This document shows, in pieces, positions 28,739 through 39,072 of a DNA stretch of 64,000 bases. A model generated the notes under the pieces. The model saw only the letters and a program-made list of their open reading frames with translations. It was not told the origin of the DNA and made no database searches. Position numbers and translations under genes: made by a program. The stretch's first letter is position 1. Each line of letters opens with the position of its first letter. Origin of the DNA: Nanobdellota archaeon (lineage in GTDB: Archaea; Nanobdellota; Nanobdellia; Woesearchaeales; JAGLGH01); assembly GCA_034723595.1 (NCBI GenBank), contig JAYEPB010000078.1, positions 9,592 to 73,591 of the forward strand. Direction: 5' to 3'.

Positions 28739-29179
28739 ATGCCTGATAAACTTGATAAAATAATTGAGAATAAGAAACTGCTGCTTCCAATCCTGACTGA
28801 AATTCAGGACAAATACGGCTATATCTCTGAATCTGTTGTCAGGCAGCTCAGTAAAAAGATAAATATACCTATGGCTGAGATATATGGTGTTGCTACATTT
28901 TATTCATTCCTTTCTACAAAGCCACAGGGCAAGAACATAATTCACATCTGCAATAGTCCATCATGCTATCTTAATGGTTCGCTTGATATAATCAGATTCC
29001 TTGAAAAAGAACTAGGTATAAAATCTGGTGAAACAACTGATGACAAGCTGTTTTCGCTGCATATAGGCTCATGCATTGGATGCTGTGATAAGGCTCCTGC
29101 TATGCTTGTCAATGGAAAATTGTATTCAGATCTAACAAAAAGAAAGATGAGGGTAATCATACAAAAATGCAGATCCTAG
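28739..29179 (+). CDS. hydC: [FeFe]-hydrogenase gamma subunit (NuoE-like, 2Fe-2S)
   Basis: YGVATFYS, CNSPSC, CIGCCDKAP. Confidence 0.9.
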   Translation: MPDKLDKIIENKKLLLPILTEIQDKYGYISESVVRQLSKKINIPMAEIYGVATFYSFLSTKPQGKNIIHICNSPSCYLNGSLDIIRFLEKELGIKSGETTDDKLFSLHIGSCIGCCDKAPAMLVNGKLYSDLTKRKMRVIIQKCRS

Positions 29180-30288
29180 AGAAATCAGAACTTAAAGCCT
29201 GGGAAAAGGCAAATGCTATGAAGCCAGAAGAAGTAATTGCATTGCTTAATGATAAGGGTCTGACTGGTCGTGGTGGAGCATGCTTTCCTGCAGGAAAGAA
29301 ATGGGGATTTGCATTGGATGCTGAAGGAGATGAGAAATTTGTCATATGCAATGCTGATGAAGGTGAGCCAGGAACATTCAAGGACAGATTTATAATCGAA
29401 AATAATCCTGAAACTCTTATTGAAGGTATATTGATAGCATGTAATACAGTAGGGGCAAAGCAGGCATATATCTATTTAAGAAGAGAATACAGGTATCTTG
29501 AATTTGACCTTAACAAAATCATAAAAAAAGTTATAAAACAAGCAGATACAGACATCAGCATAGAAATTGTTCTTGGGGCTGGAGCTTATATCTGCGGTGA
29601 AGAGACAGCAATAATAAATTCAATTGAAGGGAAAAGAGGCCAGCCATATTACAAGCCGCCTTTTCCTGCTGTCAAGGGTCTGTTCGGGAAGCCTACTGTA
29701 ATCAATAATGTAGAGACTCTTGCAAATGTTCCTCTTGCAATAATCAAAAAAGATTGGGATTCAAGCCTTAGGCTTTTTTCTCTTTCAGGGAATCTGAAAA
29801 AGCCAGGAGTATATGAACTGTCATTAGGGACATCTTTTAATGCAATTGCGCAGTTTGGCAAACCTGAAAAAAAGCTAAAAGCAATTTATTTCGGCTGTGC
29901 AGGGGGATGTATTCCTTTTAATCAGAAACATAAGATAGATACTGAGGTAATTAATTCAACTGGATGCATGCTTGGTTCATGCACAATGATTGTTGTTGAT
30001 GAAAGCCAAAGCATAGTTGATGTTGCAGTAAACATAGCAAAATTCTTTGAATATGAATCATGCGGCAAATGCACACCATGCAGAGAAGGCAATATGAGGG
30101 TTCTTGCGCTGCTGGAGAAGATATCGCTGGGATATGCCAATATGGAAGATATTGCACTTCTTGAGGAGTTGTGCTGTGTGATAAAGGACAGCTCATTGTG
30201 CGGGCTTGGGCAAAGCTCAACAATTCATCTATTAACTGCATTGAAACATTTTAGGGAGGAATTTGAAGAAAAATGCAAATCACGCTGA
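29167..30288 (+). CDS. hydB: [FeFe]-hydrogenase beta subunit (NuoF-like, NADH/FMN), short form
   Basis: GRGGACFPAGKKW, NADEGEPGTFKDR, GAYICGEETA, ESCGKCTPCREG, SLCGLG; 373 aa. Confidence 0.9.
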   Translation: MQILEKSELKAWEKANAMKPEEVIALLNDKGLTGRGGACFPAGKKWGFALDAEGDEKFVICNADEGEPGTFKDRFIIENNPETLIEGILIACNTVGAKQAYIYLRREYRYLEFDLNKIIKKVIKQADTDISIEIVLGAGAYICGEETAIINSIEGKRGQPYYKPPFPAVKGLFGKPTVINNVETLANVPLAIIKKDWDSSLRLFSLSGNLKKPGVYELSLGTSFNAIAQFGKPEKKLKAIYFGCAGGCIPFNQKHKIDTEVINSTGCMLGSCTMIVVDESQSIVDVAVNIAKFFEYESCGKCTPCREGNMRVLALLEKISLGYANMEDIALLEELCCVIKDSSLCGLGQSSTIHLLTALKHFREEFEEKCKSR

Positions 30289-31946
30289 ACAAAAAAAAGA
30301 TAGAGTGTGAAAAAGGAAAGACAATCCTTGATATCGCAAAAGAAAAAGGAATAAGAATCCCTACATTATGCTATCAGGAAGATTTCCATCCTGAAGCAAG
30401 ATGCAGGATATGTCTTGTTGAAGTAAATGGGAAACTTATGCCAGCTTGTTCTACCCATGTATGGGAAGGGATGGTTATTGAGACAGATACTGAAAAAGTG
30501 AAAAAAACAAGGCGCATGAACCTTGAGCTGATGATGGCAGACCATCAGAAAGCATGTTTTATTGAAAGCAGGACGCATGAGTTGTGCAGGATTGTTGCAG
30601 AAGAAGAAATAGGTAACATCAGATTCGAGCCTGTAAAAAAACATACTCCAGACATAAAAGGAAGGGCTGTAGTAAGGGATCCAAATAAGTGCATCAGCTG
30701 CGGCAGATGTGTCCAGGCATGCAGAGATACGCAGAATATTACTGCAATAGATTTCGCCCATAGAGGTCATAGGGAGAAAGTCACACCTTATTTTGGAAAG
30801 AGCCTGAATGAGGTATATTGCATAAAGTGCGGGCAATGTATACTCAGCTGTCCAGTAGAAGCTATTGTGGAACAGAGCCATATTGATATTGTAGTCCAGC
30901 ATCTTGCTGATCTTAAGAAACATGTTGTTGTCCAGACAGCTCCTGCGATAAGGGCATCATTAGGAGAAGAATTTGGCTATAAGCCTGGCATGCTTGTAAA
31001 AGGCAAGATGGTGGCAGCTGCAAAAGCTTTGGGATTTGATAAAGTATTTGACACAAACACAGGCGCAGACCTTACAATAATTGAAGAGGCAAATGAACTG
31101 CTTGAAAGAGTCAAAAACAATAAGCCTCTGCCTATGTTTACATCATGCTGTCCAGCCTGGGTTAAGTATATCGAGCACTTCAGGCATGATCTTATACCTC
31201 ATCTTTCAACATGCAAGAGTCCTCATGAGATGCTTGGAGCAGTAGTCAAGACATATTATGCAGAAAAGGCAGGCATAAACGCAGATGATATTGTCATGGT
31301 CAGCATTATGCCATGCACTGCAAAGAAGTTTGAGGCATCAAGAGAAAAGCTGAAAGGTAATGTAGATTATGTTCTTACAACAAGGGAATTCGCTAAGCTT
31401 ATCAAGATGAAGAATATTGATTTTGGTAAGCTTGGTGACGAGACATTTGATGATCCATTAGGCATATCTACTGGAGCAGGAGCAATTTTCGGAGCAACAG
31501 GCGGAGTGATGGAAGCTGCGCTAAGGACAGCTTATGAGACAGCTACAGGCAAAAGCCTGACAAAGATAGAATTTGATCAGGTAAGGGGTGTAGCTGGAAT
31601 AAAGAAAGGGTCTATATTTCTGAATGACCTTGAAGTTAAATTTGCAGTGGCGCATGGCATGATGAATGCATGCAATCTTATTGAGTCATACAAAGATTTT
31701 CATTTTATTGAGGTTATGGCATGTCCTGGCGGATGCATAGGCGGAGGAGGTCAGCCAATCCCAACAACATGGGATATCAGGCAAAAAAGGATAAATGCAA
31801 TCTATGAAGAGGATAGGAACCTGCCTCTCAGGAAATCGCATGAAAACCCTGCTTTGAAAAAAGTATATGAGGAATTCTTAGGAGATGCAGGCGGGCATAA
31901 GGCTCATGAATTGCTGCATACTGGGTATGTTAAGAGGGGGTTGTGA
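30273..31946 (+). CDS. hydA: [FeFe]-hydrogenase catalytic subunit (group A)
   Basis: H-cluster motifs FTSCCPAW, MPCTAKKFE, EVMACPGGCIGGGGQP; N-terminal 2Fe-2S and 2x4Fe-4S motifs. Confidence 0.95.
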   Translation: MQITLNKKKIECEKGKTILDIAKEKGIRIPTLCYQEDFHPEARCRICLVEVNGKLMPACSTHVWEGMVIETDTEKVKKTRRMNLELMMADHQKACFIESRTHELCRIVAEEEIGNIRFEPVKKHTPDIKGRAVVRDPNKCISCGRCVQACRDTQNITAIDFAHRGHREKVTPYFGKSLNEVYCIKCGQCILSCPVEAIVEQSHIDIVVQHLADLKKHVVVQTAPAIRASLGEEFGYKPGMLVKGKMVAAAKALGFDKVFDTNTGADLTIIEEANELLERVKNNKPLPMFTSCCPAWVKYIEHFRHDLIPHLSTCKSPHEMLGAVVKTYYAEKAGINADDIVMVSIMPCTAKKFEASREKLKGNVDYVLTTREFAKLIKMKNIDFGKLGDETFDDPLGISTGAGAIFGATGGVMEAALRTAYETATGKSLTKIEFDQVRGVAGIKKGSIFLNDLEVKFAVAHGMMNACNLIESYKDFHFIEVMACPGGCIGGGGQPIPTTWDIRQKRINAIYEEDRNLPLRKSHENPALKKVYEEFLGDAGGHKAHELLHTGYVKRGL

Positions 31947-32274
31947 GATGAAATGTTAGTGAGTTAATCTTTTGTAGTTGAATTGATATCTGAATGTCCA
32001 GACCAATACTGTTTTGGATTCTTTTCTGAATCAAGATATTTCTAATTTTATTTTTCCAATCTCTCTTATTTGAGCCCAAGTTTGACAGTTAAATAATTAA
32101 GAGTCCTTAGAATTGTTTGGTTTACCATGACACAAACAAAACTAAGGACAAATACTATAAAATCAAACAACAATATATCTTTTCCGGTTGGAACTGCTTT
32201 AGCAGTCAAAAAATATAGCGAAAAACTGCATTTTGAGCATATTTTTTCTAAATTCAAGCAACGAGGAATTTCGC

Positions 32275-32481
32275 TTAAAGCCTATCTTTGACAATTTTGG
32301 CAAATCCCTCAACTTTTTGATTATTGCATCCAATGAGCTTGAAAAATCTCAATGCCCCACTTTCATTAACTCTATGAAATGTAAACGGAGAAGTTGCGTC
32401 TAATATTTCTTTTTCAATATCTTTGTTGAAACCGACTAATGCTTTTTCAAAATCTTTTTCTTTATTCATCCTAATCTGCAA
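32275..32481 (-). pseudogene. Probable gene fragment
   Basis: Short TTG-start ORF with no recognisable start signals in a fragmented region. Confidence 0.3.
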
Positions 32482-32515
32482 GGTATATTTTTATGACCAA
32501 AAACCCAATGTAAGA

Positions 32516-33655
32516 TTATACTCTGCTGTTTGGGTTTTTGATTTTAATATATATATCTTTTAAAGAAGTATTTCTTTGATATCTTTGTTTTTTTAGATAA
32601 TTGTAAATTCTTGAATTATTGAGTATGATTGTCATTTGACTGAGATATTTTCTTGAATCTTTATCAAAACTTTCTTTTAGCGCTTTTTTTGCAATCTTTT
32701 GGCCTAATCTTCTGGTCATATACATAGGTAAGTCAAATGATTGTGTTTTTTTCAGAACTTCATATATCTTTAATTTATCTTTGCTTTTTAGTTCTTTATT
32801 TAAATAATCTTCAAGTTCTGGTTTTTGTTGAATTGCAGAGTAAACTGATGCTGTGATTAACCCATTTTCTATATCTGAAAACTGATCCTGATAAGGTCGT
32901 TCTATTGATGCTGCTTTTTTTGCAGGAATATTATCTGCAACATCATTTACTATTTGTATTCCTGTTCCTAATGCGATTCCAAATTCTGTTAAAGATTTAA
33001 TCTTTTTTTCACTTGCTTTAGCTAAATAACCTCCAATTCTGGCAACAAAACCTAAGAAATAACCGCATTTTCTTCTGCAAGCTTTCTCATACAAGGGCAG
33101 GTAATCTTCTATAGGCAATTTATGCGCTTTATTTCTTAGATTTAATGTATCAATATCATCTCCTTGTCCAAGATAAATCTTATTATTTACTTCTTCTAAT
33201 TCAATTATGATCTTTTCTTTAATAGAGGATTCAACTGAAGTTTTCCTAATCATTTTTTTTGATTTATCATAAAGTTTCATACCTTCAATAACTACTCTTT
33301 GTTCATCAGCTCTGTCATTAACTTCTCCTTTTTTGTCAAGAAACCAATTAATCAAATACGTAGATAAATTATAGACTTCTATTGCAGAGCCTATCTTATA
33401 AATATCTTCTACTATTTGATTATCATTTTTAGAAGCAATATATGCTTGCTCAATAATAAACTCTCTTAATCTTGGAGAATTTTCTCTTTTTTTATGAATT
33501 GCATTTACAAGATATTTGCTTCTCTCACTTCTATCTGAATCATTGACTATTTCTTCTAATGCTGAAGATACATATTTGGTAACTTTGCCTGAACATGTTT
33601 TCATCAATAGATGATATTGGTCTAGGCAATTTTCTCTGAATTGTATTTCATTCAT
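32516..33655 (-). CDS. Polyprenyl synthetase/class I terpenoid synthase-fold protein with degenerate Asp motifs
   Basis: GQGDDI, Y.....RKCG, FG..LG.GIQIVNDVAD, SDIENG; the first Asp-rich motif reads NWFLD. Confidence 0.8.
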   Translation of the reverse strand: MNEIQFRENCLDQYHLLMKTCSGKVTKYVSSALEEIVNDSDRSERSKYLVNAIHKKRENSPRLREFIIEQAYIASKNDNQIVEDIYKIGSAIEVYNLSTYLINWFLDKKGEVNDRADEQRVVIEGMKLYDKSKKMIRKTSVESSIKEKIIIELEEVNNKIYLGQGDDIDTLNLRNKAHKLPIEDYLPLYEKACRRKCGYFLGFVARIGGYLAKASEKKIKSLTEFGIALGTGIQIVNDVADNIPAKKAASIERPYQDQFSDIENGLITASVYSAIQQKPELEDYLNKELKSKDKLKIYEVLKKTQSFDLPMYMTRRLGQKIAKKALKESFDKDSRKYLSQMTIILNNSRIYNYLKKQRYQRNTSLKDIYIKIKNPNSRV

Positions 33656-33767
33656 TGTGCATCCTCCTTTATTACTTGGAAGTGATGTAGGGAGTACAAT
33701 TAAAGATTGCTCTCTGGTTTTCGCATTTTTAGTAACATTTATAAAGAATAATGCAAATGATTCAAAA

Positions 33768-34706
33768 ATGGATGCAAAAGATAAAAGGATATTGCATGAA
33801 TTATCTAAAAATGCACGTATTCCTATAAAACATCTAGCTAAAATAATTCGAATGAGTGAAAGTTCTACTATTTATAGATTGGAAAGACTTGAGAAAAAAG
33901 GAATTCTTCTTGGAACGCACGCTATAATTAATAGCTATAAGCTTGGATATTTGGGATTTAGAGCTTATCTTTTTTTACAAGGGACAACTAGAAATAAAGA
34001 AGATGAAATTTTAAATTGGCTAACTAGTAGAACTGAAACTTCAGTTATTGGAATAACTCAACACAATGAAGAAATAATAATTATGTCCTGGGTTAAATCT
34101 ATAGATATTTTTAACAATTTTATTAAGCAGTTTAAAGAAAATTATGGTGAGTTTATCAAGGATTTCCAGATTTTTTCATATGTTGGAACTATATACTATC
34201 CTAGAAATTATCTCAATCCTAAAAATAAAGGAAAAGAAATAATAGTAAGAACATCAGTTCCAGTCGATTATGATTCATTAGATTTATCCATCCTAAAACA
34301 ATTATCTGTTAATGGGAGGAAAACAGCATTAAAAATCTCAAAAGAATTAAACAAACCAGTAAAAACTATAATCAACAGGATGAAACTTCTAATAAAGAAA
34401 GAGATAATTATAGGGTATAGCGCAAATATTGATCTTAATAAAATAGGTTATGAGTATTATAAAATAAACTTGATATTTAGTAAAAATATAAATTATAATA
34501 CATTACTGTCTTTTGCAAGAGAATTAGATAATAGCATTTATGTTGATGAAGCAATAAGTAAGTATGACTTTGAACTAAATATCGAAGTTGAAAATAAAGA
34601 AGAATTAAATGCCATAATAAATAATATAAAACAACTAACAGGAGGAATTAAACATATTGAAATTAAACAGATAAGTAAATATCTTAAATTGAGTTTTCTG
34701 AATTGA
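33768..34706 (+). CDS. Tandem (double) Lrp/AsnC-family regulator
   Basis: Two HTH units: MDAKDKRILHEL..NAR and DSLDLSILKQL..NGR. Confidence 0.85.
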   Translation: MDAKDKRILHELSKNARIPIKHLAKIIRMSESSTIYRLERLEKKGILLGTHAIINSYKLGYLGFRAYLFLQGTTRNKEDEILNWLTSRTETSVIGITQHNEEIIIMSWVKSIDIFNNFIKQFKENYGEFIKDFQIFSYVGTIYYPRNYLNPKNKGKEIIVRTSVPVDYDSLDLSILKQLSVNGRKTALKISKELNKPVKTIINRMKLLIKKEIIIGYSANIDLNKIGYEYYKINLIFSKNINYNTLLSFARELDNSIYVDEAISKYDFELNIEVENKEELNAIINNIKQLTGGIKHIEIKQISKYLKLSFLN

Positions 34707-34777
34707 TAAATCAAAATTTACTTTGCAAATTTTGGTGGGTTATATTTCTTATACGCAGAAGAGACAATACTCAGATC

Positions 34778-34809
34778 GATACCCAACATTTATGTTTGGG
34801 AGGAGTTCA
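34778..34809 (+). mobile_element. Orphan IS200/IS605-type right-end hairpin
   Basis: GATA-CCCAACA-TTTA-TGTTTGGG-AGGAGTTCA mirrors the right end at 36981-37014. Confidence 0.55.
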
Positions 34810-34914
34810 TTTTAAGGAGATTGGGCATTAGCTTATAAATTGAGTCGTTTTTATTACTAATTGATCGTTAATATTAGCTCTGGCATTGAATATCTATAAA
34901 CGAATCAGAAAAAT

Positions 34915-35262
34915 TTACCACTTATCTATTTTTTCTTCAACCTTATCAGTCCAGTTTTGAATAATTTCTTTAATAATCTTCCTGATATTTGATCTTGAAT
35001 TGCATTCATAGGTATAAATATAACCTCCATTATCTAAATTCCTTTGATGCCTAATAATTATACCTTTCTCAGACAATTTTTTAACAGCTTTTTGTATTGT
35101 TGTAAGATTAAGATTTAATTTTTTTGATATAGAATTTGTTGTGCATTCTTTATTTGTATATTCTAGAAAATATTTCATTATCTTTAATTCTGTTCTGGTT
35201 AAACCTAATCCACATTTAATAATGTCATCCAGGTTGAATTGTTTACATGCGAAATCTATCAT
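34915..35262 (-). CDS. Winged-HTH transcriptional regulator
   Basis: IIKCGLGLTRTE...TTIQKAVKKL...GGYIYTY. Confidence 0.8.
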   Translation of the reverse strand: MIDFACKQFNLDDIIKCGLGLTRTELKIMKYFLEYTNKECTTNSISKKLNLNLTTIQKAVKKLSEKGIIIRHQRNLDNGGYIYTYECNSRSNIRKIIKEIIQNWTDKVEEKIDKW

Positions 35263-36329
35263 TTTCTAATCATTGAAATGTGACACTTTGGACATTTCAT
35301 TTTTAAGCAAGGGGTTTCTCTATTATGTTTTATTGTATATCCGCATTTTGGACAAATACAATAACCACCTGGTCCTTTCCCTTGAGCACCAAAATGTTCT
35401 CTTTTAAATTTACCTTTTTTTAACCATCCAAAACCTTTTCCAAAAATAATTTTTGAAACAACATCTTTAGATTGAAAATATGAATCTGTAACATCATAAC
35501 TTTTTATTTGAATTGCTACATATTCAAGAACATCAATCTCTTTTATTAAGTCTTTTTTTATCTTTTCAGATATTTTTGTTGCTTTTTCTACATTTAAATC
35601 TGGAGGTAATTCAATTTCTATATTCGCTGAAATTACTGGACCTCTTTTCTGGGTTTTTAAATTCCCTAGTGTAATTTCATTCTCTTTTAAAATATTTTTA
35701 ATTTTATCTTCTATCTCATCATCTGCTTTTTTATCCAGTAAAGAATCTGTCGCTTCTTTTCCCAATTCAATAGATTCTTTAATAATATAAATTCCAATCA
35801 AGGCTGATAAAATTGAATCAATATATGCCCAATAAGGCATTATAAATAATCCTATTAAAACTGCTATTGAAGTATAAACATCAACCCTATCGTGGACACC
35901 ATCTGAGAGTAAACTTATTGAATTTTCCTTTTTCCCATAATGGATCTTAAGTCTAGCTACTATTTCATTAGCAATAGCAGAAATTATCATAATCCCTACA
36001 GCTAAGTAACTTAATGAAATAATCTCAGGTTTAATAAATCCTTTATATGATTTATATAAAATCCATAATCCTGTTAAAAATAACATTAAAGTTATAATTG
36101 TTCCAGATAAAACTTCATATTTATAATAACCATAAGGATGTTTTTTATCTTCTGGTCTTCTTGAAATTTTAATCCCAATAAAACTAATTCCAGATGAAAA
36201 TACATCCATCCCTGAATGAATCCCTTCTGCTAAAACAGAAACAGAACCAGTAAGAAATCCAATAATTAGTTTACCTACTGCTAAAAAAAGATTTACAAAG
36301 ATTGATACTAAAGCAATTCCTTCTTTCAT
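35259..36329 (-). CDS. Cation diffusion facilitator (FieF-like) with C-terminal Cys-rich domain
   Basis: HSGMD, HPYGY, HDRVD; tail GPGGYCICPKC...PC...CPKC; true start MKEGIAL (the track's extension runs into the IS). Confidence 0.9.
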   Translation of the reverse strand: MKEGIALVSIFVNLFLAVGKLIIGFLTGSVSVLAEGIHSGMDVFSSGISFIGIKISRRPEDKKHPYGYYKYEVLSGTIITLMLFLTGLWILYKSYKGFIKPEIISLSYLAVGIMIISAIANEIVARLKIHYGKKENSISLLSDGVHDRVDVYTSIAVLIGLFIMPYWAYIDSILSALIGIYIIKESIELGKEATDSLLDKKADDEIEDKIKNILKENEITLGNLKTQKRGPVISANIEIELPPDLNVEKATKISEKIKKDLIKEIDVLEYVAIQIKSYDVTDSYFQSKDVVSKIIFGKGFGWLKKGKFKREHFGAQGKGPGGYCICPKCGYTIKHNRETPCLKMKCPKCHISMIRK

Positions 36330-36332
36330 TGT

Positions 36333-37014
36333 CTTGAGCAAGGATACTACACACTTTAGTGTGTATAGGAATTGCGTAGCACAATCCTTGCGTTTCCTCC
36401 GTAAAGTTTTTCTAACATTGTGATTATAATAAGAGTGCGCAACGAAATTTGGCGCGTGCACTCAAATTTTTTGCAATTTGATGAGCGTGAGCTGTAAAAA
36501 TTTTTCGTCGCGCGGAGGCGAACGAAAGTGGAATTTGTGAATGTTGAATTAAAACATTATAACCATAAGGTTGGAATAAATTATTGGCATCTTGAGTTTA
36601 CGACCAAATATCGTTATAAGATGTTTGGTAAGTTCAAGTATAAAAGCCTTATTGAAGCTTGTATACGTAAAGTTGCTCATAGACATAACATTGAAATCCA
36701 TGTAATTAATGTTATGCCTGAACACATTCATATACTTGTTACTTTGCCAAAGGGTGTGGATGATGAAAAAGCTTTTCAACTTCTTAAAGGCGCTTCATCA
36801 TACTATTTCTTTAACAACCATCCTAAAGCTCGTTTAAGATATCCTCAAGGACATCTCTGGAGCAGAGGTGGTTGCGCTGTAACAGTTGGTTATAATCAAT
36901 TCAGCGAAACTGAACAATATATTCTGCAACAAGCAGAGCACCATGGTCTTGCTTGCTAGGCCAACTTAGTGACCTTTATGGGATACTGTGGACTTTAGTC
37001 CACAGAGGAGGTCA
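36333..37014 (+). mobile_element. IS200/IS605-family insertion sequence (tnpA only)
   Basis: Left hairpin TACACAC-TTTA-GTGTGTA (36348-36365); right hairpin CTGTGGAC-TTTA-GTCCACAG-AGGAGGTCA (36986-37014); both near GGATAC; ends approximate. Confidence 0.85.
36528..36959 (+). CDS. tnpA: IS200-family Y1 (HUH) transposase
   Basis: HLEFTTKYR, PEHIHIL (HUH), LKGASS, LWSRG, YILQQ. Confidence 0.95.
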   Translation: MEFVNVELKHYNHKVGINYWHLEFTTKYRYKMFGKFKYKSLIEACIRKVAHRHNIEIHVINVMPEHIHILVTLPKGVDDEKAFQLLKGASSYYFFNNHPKARLRYPQGHLWSRGGCAVTVGYNQFSETEQYILQQAEHHGLAC

Positions 37015-37032
37015 TTTTATGCTATTCATTCT

Positions 37033-37365
37033 TTATTCTAGGCTCTTCATGATTTCATCAATTTTCTGTTTTAAAATCTCCTTTTGCGCAAAGCCAGTTA
37101 TTCTATCAATCTCCTTGCCTTCTTTTGTGATGACTAAACAAGGTATTCCTTGTATCTGAAATTGATTTGCAAGTTCTGGGTCATCTTCTGTGCTTATCTT
37201 AGCAAATTTTAATTTACCTTCATAGTCATTACTTAATTCTTCAAATACTGGGCCCATCATCTGGCAAGGACCGCACCAAGATGCCCAGAAGTCAATTATC
37301 ACTGGAATCTGTGAATTAGTTATTTCTTCCTGAAAATTGTTTTTATCTATCTTTTTAATTGCCAT
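37033..37365 (-). CDS. trxA: Thioredoxin
   Basis: [15 protein letters not shown]. Confidence 0.95.
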   Translation of the reverse strand: MAIKKIDKNNFQEEITNSQIPVIIDFWASWCGPCQMMGPVFEELSNDYEGKLKFAKISTEDDPELANQFQIQGIPCLVITKEGKEIDRITGFAQKEILKQKIDEIMKSLE

Positions 37366-37503
37366 TTTGATTTTCCTCCTTTTGGTCTTTATTAGCAGTA
37401 CTGATAGAAATCTGAAGTACTATTTAAATGTTTTTGAGTACTTATCAAATCCTTGCAAAAATAGAGATACTCTTCCTAAACATAGGAGATGGATACTCTG
37501 AAA

Positions 37504-38256
37504 TCATGGTTTTGCAACCAACCACATACTCTCAAAAAAACTCCAAAAAGATTCAGCTATTTGTTTACTCTGGATTAAAACTGCTCTTGATTCTTCACTA
37601 TAAGTTATAATCAATATTTTTTCTTTTGATATTACAATAGTTGAGGGTGTAATTGTTTCAATAAATCTTAATTTTGTATGAGGAATGCCTTTGAATATAT
37701 CTGAGATACTCCTATATTTGTTATTATAAACTAATCTGGTTCTAATTTCTTTTTTAGCTTTTTTCATATAAAACCGCCTAACCATTAATTCATATTTTTT
37801 CCCAAATGGACCTTTGGCTCCAAAAACCAGATATTCATCGCCTTTTGTTAGATTATCAATAAAATCCAGCATTGCTGTTTCAATACCTTTGTATCCCTGA
37901 TACATAGTTGTTTCCTGAATTTCACTTACTATTTCCTTTTTCAAACTAAGTTCAGGAATAATTTTCTTAATCTCTTCAGTTTCTTTTTCCAGTTCTTTCT
38001 TCTTCTCATCCATGTAATCTAAGAGCCTTTTTGGATCAGTGGCTTGAAAATACTTAACATTATTTTTGATAATATGCGAAACTAATCCTTTTTGCTCTAA
38101 TCTTTCCAGAATTACATATACTTTAGAACTTGTTATATGTGATTTGTCAATAATTTTGCCTACAGAACTAACTCCTAAATCTAATAGTGCCATATAAACC
38201 CTAACTTCTCCTCCAGTCATCCCTATTTTTTCCAGTAATTTAGTATCAATCTCCAT
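37504..38256 (-). CDS. TrmB-family transcriptional regulator
   Basis: LEKIGMTGGEVRVYMALL...KVYVILERLEQKGLV; FFESMW..AK. Confidence 0.9.
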   Translation of the reverse strand: MEIDTKLLEKIGMTGGEVRVYMALLDLGVSSVGKIIDKSHITSSKVYVILERLEQKGLVSHIIKNNVKYFQATDPKRLLDYMDEKKKELEKETEEIKKIIPELSLKKEIVSEIQETTMYQGYKGIETAMLDFIDNLTKGDEYLVFGAKGPFGKKYELMVRRFYMKKAKKEIRTRLVYNNKYRSISDIFKGIPHTKLRFIETITPSTIVISKEKILIITYSEESRAVLIQSKQIAESFWSFFESMWLVAKP

Positions 38257-38327
38257 GTTACTTCTCTCTAAGGGGGAGATAATATTTAAATATTCCGGTT
38301 TCTTCCTAATCATCAGAGGATTATATT

Positions 38328-39071
38328 ATGTCAGAACAGGATTTCACAAAGATTGGAAGAGAATATGATCAGATTTATAGGGCAAAGATGAGTGATTTAG
38401 AAGCAATCACATTAGATGTGCTTGAGACTTTGAAACCAGATAAAAAAGTTAAAGTATGCGATGTTGGCGCAGGTACAGGGTTAGTTGCAGACTTATTAAA
38501 ACAAGCAGGGTGGAATTTTGATTATTTAGGTATAGAACCATCTGCGCTTTATGAGCAGCTTAAAGATAGAGTTGGAATTGAAAAATCATTAAGAGATACT
38601 TCTGATTTACTAAAATCATTTAATGGATCATTTGATGCAGTTATTTACTCAAAATCGCTTCATGAAATATTAATCAGCAAATTACTTGCCCATTATAAGT
38701 TGGAATCTAATAAAGATTTGCATGATTTATACTTGCAAGAATCAGATAGTTATCAATCAAGAAAACAATTAGCACTAAGAGAGGTTTTGGAAGATTCATT
38801 TAATTCTCTAAGACCCACTGGATTTGTAGTTGTTTCAGATATGGAATATCCAGATTATTTAAGCAAAATAACAATCTCTGAAAGTGTCAAATATGTTTAT
38901 CAAACATTCAAACATCTTAATTATAGGGAACAAACATTGCCAATAATTGAAATTGAAACAGCAATAGAAACTACTCCCTGGAGAATTATTGATAGAAGAG
39001 AGACTGCTAAAAGAAAAGATCCAAATATCAAAACTAAAGTTTATAGTCTGGCAATTCAGAAAGTGATGTAA
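38328..39071 (+). CDS. Class I SAM-dependent methyltransferase
   Basis: VCDVGAGTG, GIEPS, FDAVI, LRPTG. Confidence 0.85.
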   Translation: MSEQDFTKIGREYDQIYRAKMSDLEAITLDVLETLKPDKKVKVCDVGAGTGLVADLLKQAGWNFDYLGIEPSALYEQLKDRVGIEKSLRDTSDLLKSFNGSFDAVIYSKSLHEILISKLLAHYKLESNKDLHDLYLQESDSYQSRKQLALREVLEDSFNSLRPTGFVVVSDMEYPDYLSKITISESVKYVYQTFKHLNYREQTLPIIEIETAIETTPWRIIDRRETAKRKDPNIKTKVYSLAIQKVM

Positions 39072-39072
39072 A

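Noticed and set aside
36330..36461. N-terminal extension of the CDF ORF in the track
   Set aside because: It lies inside the IS left end; the real start is ATG 36329
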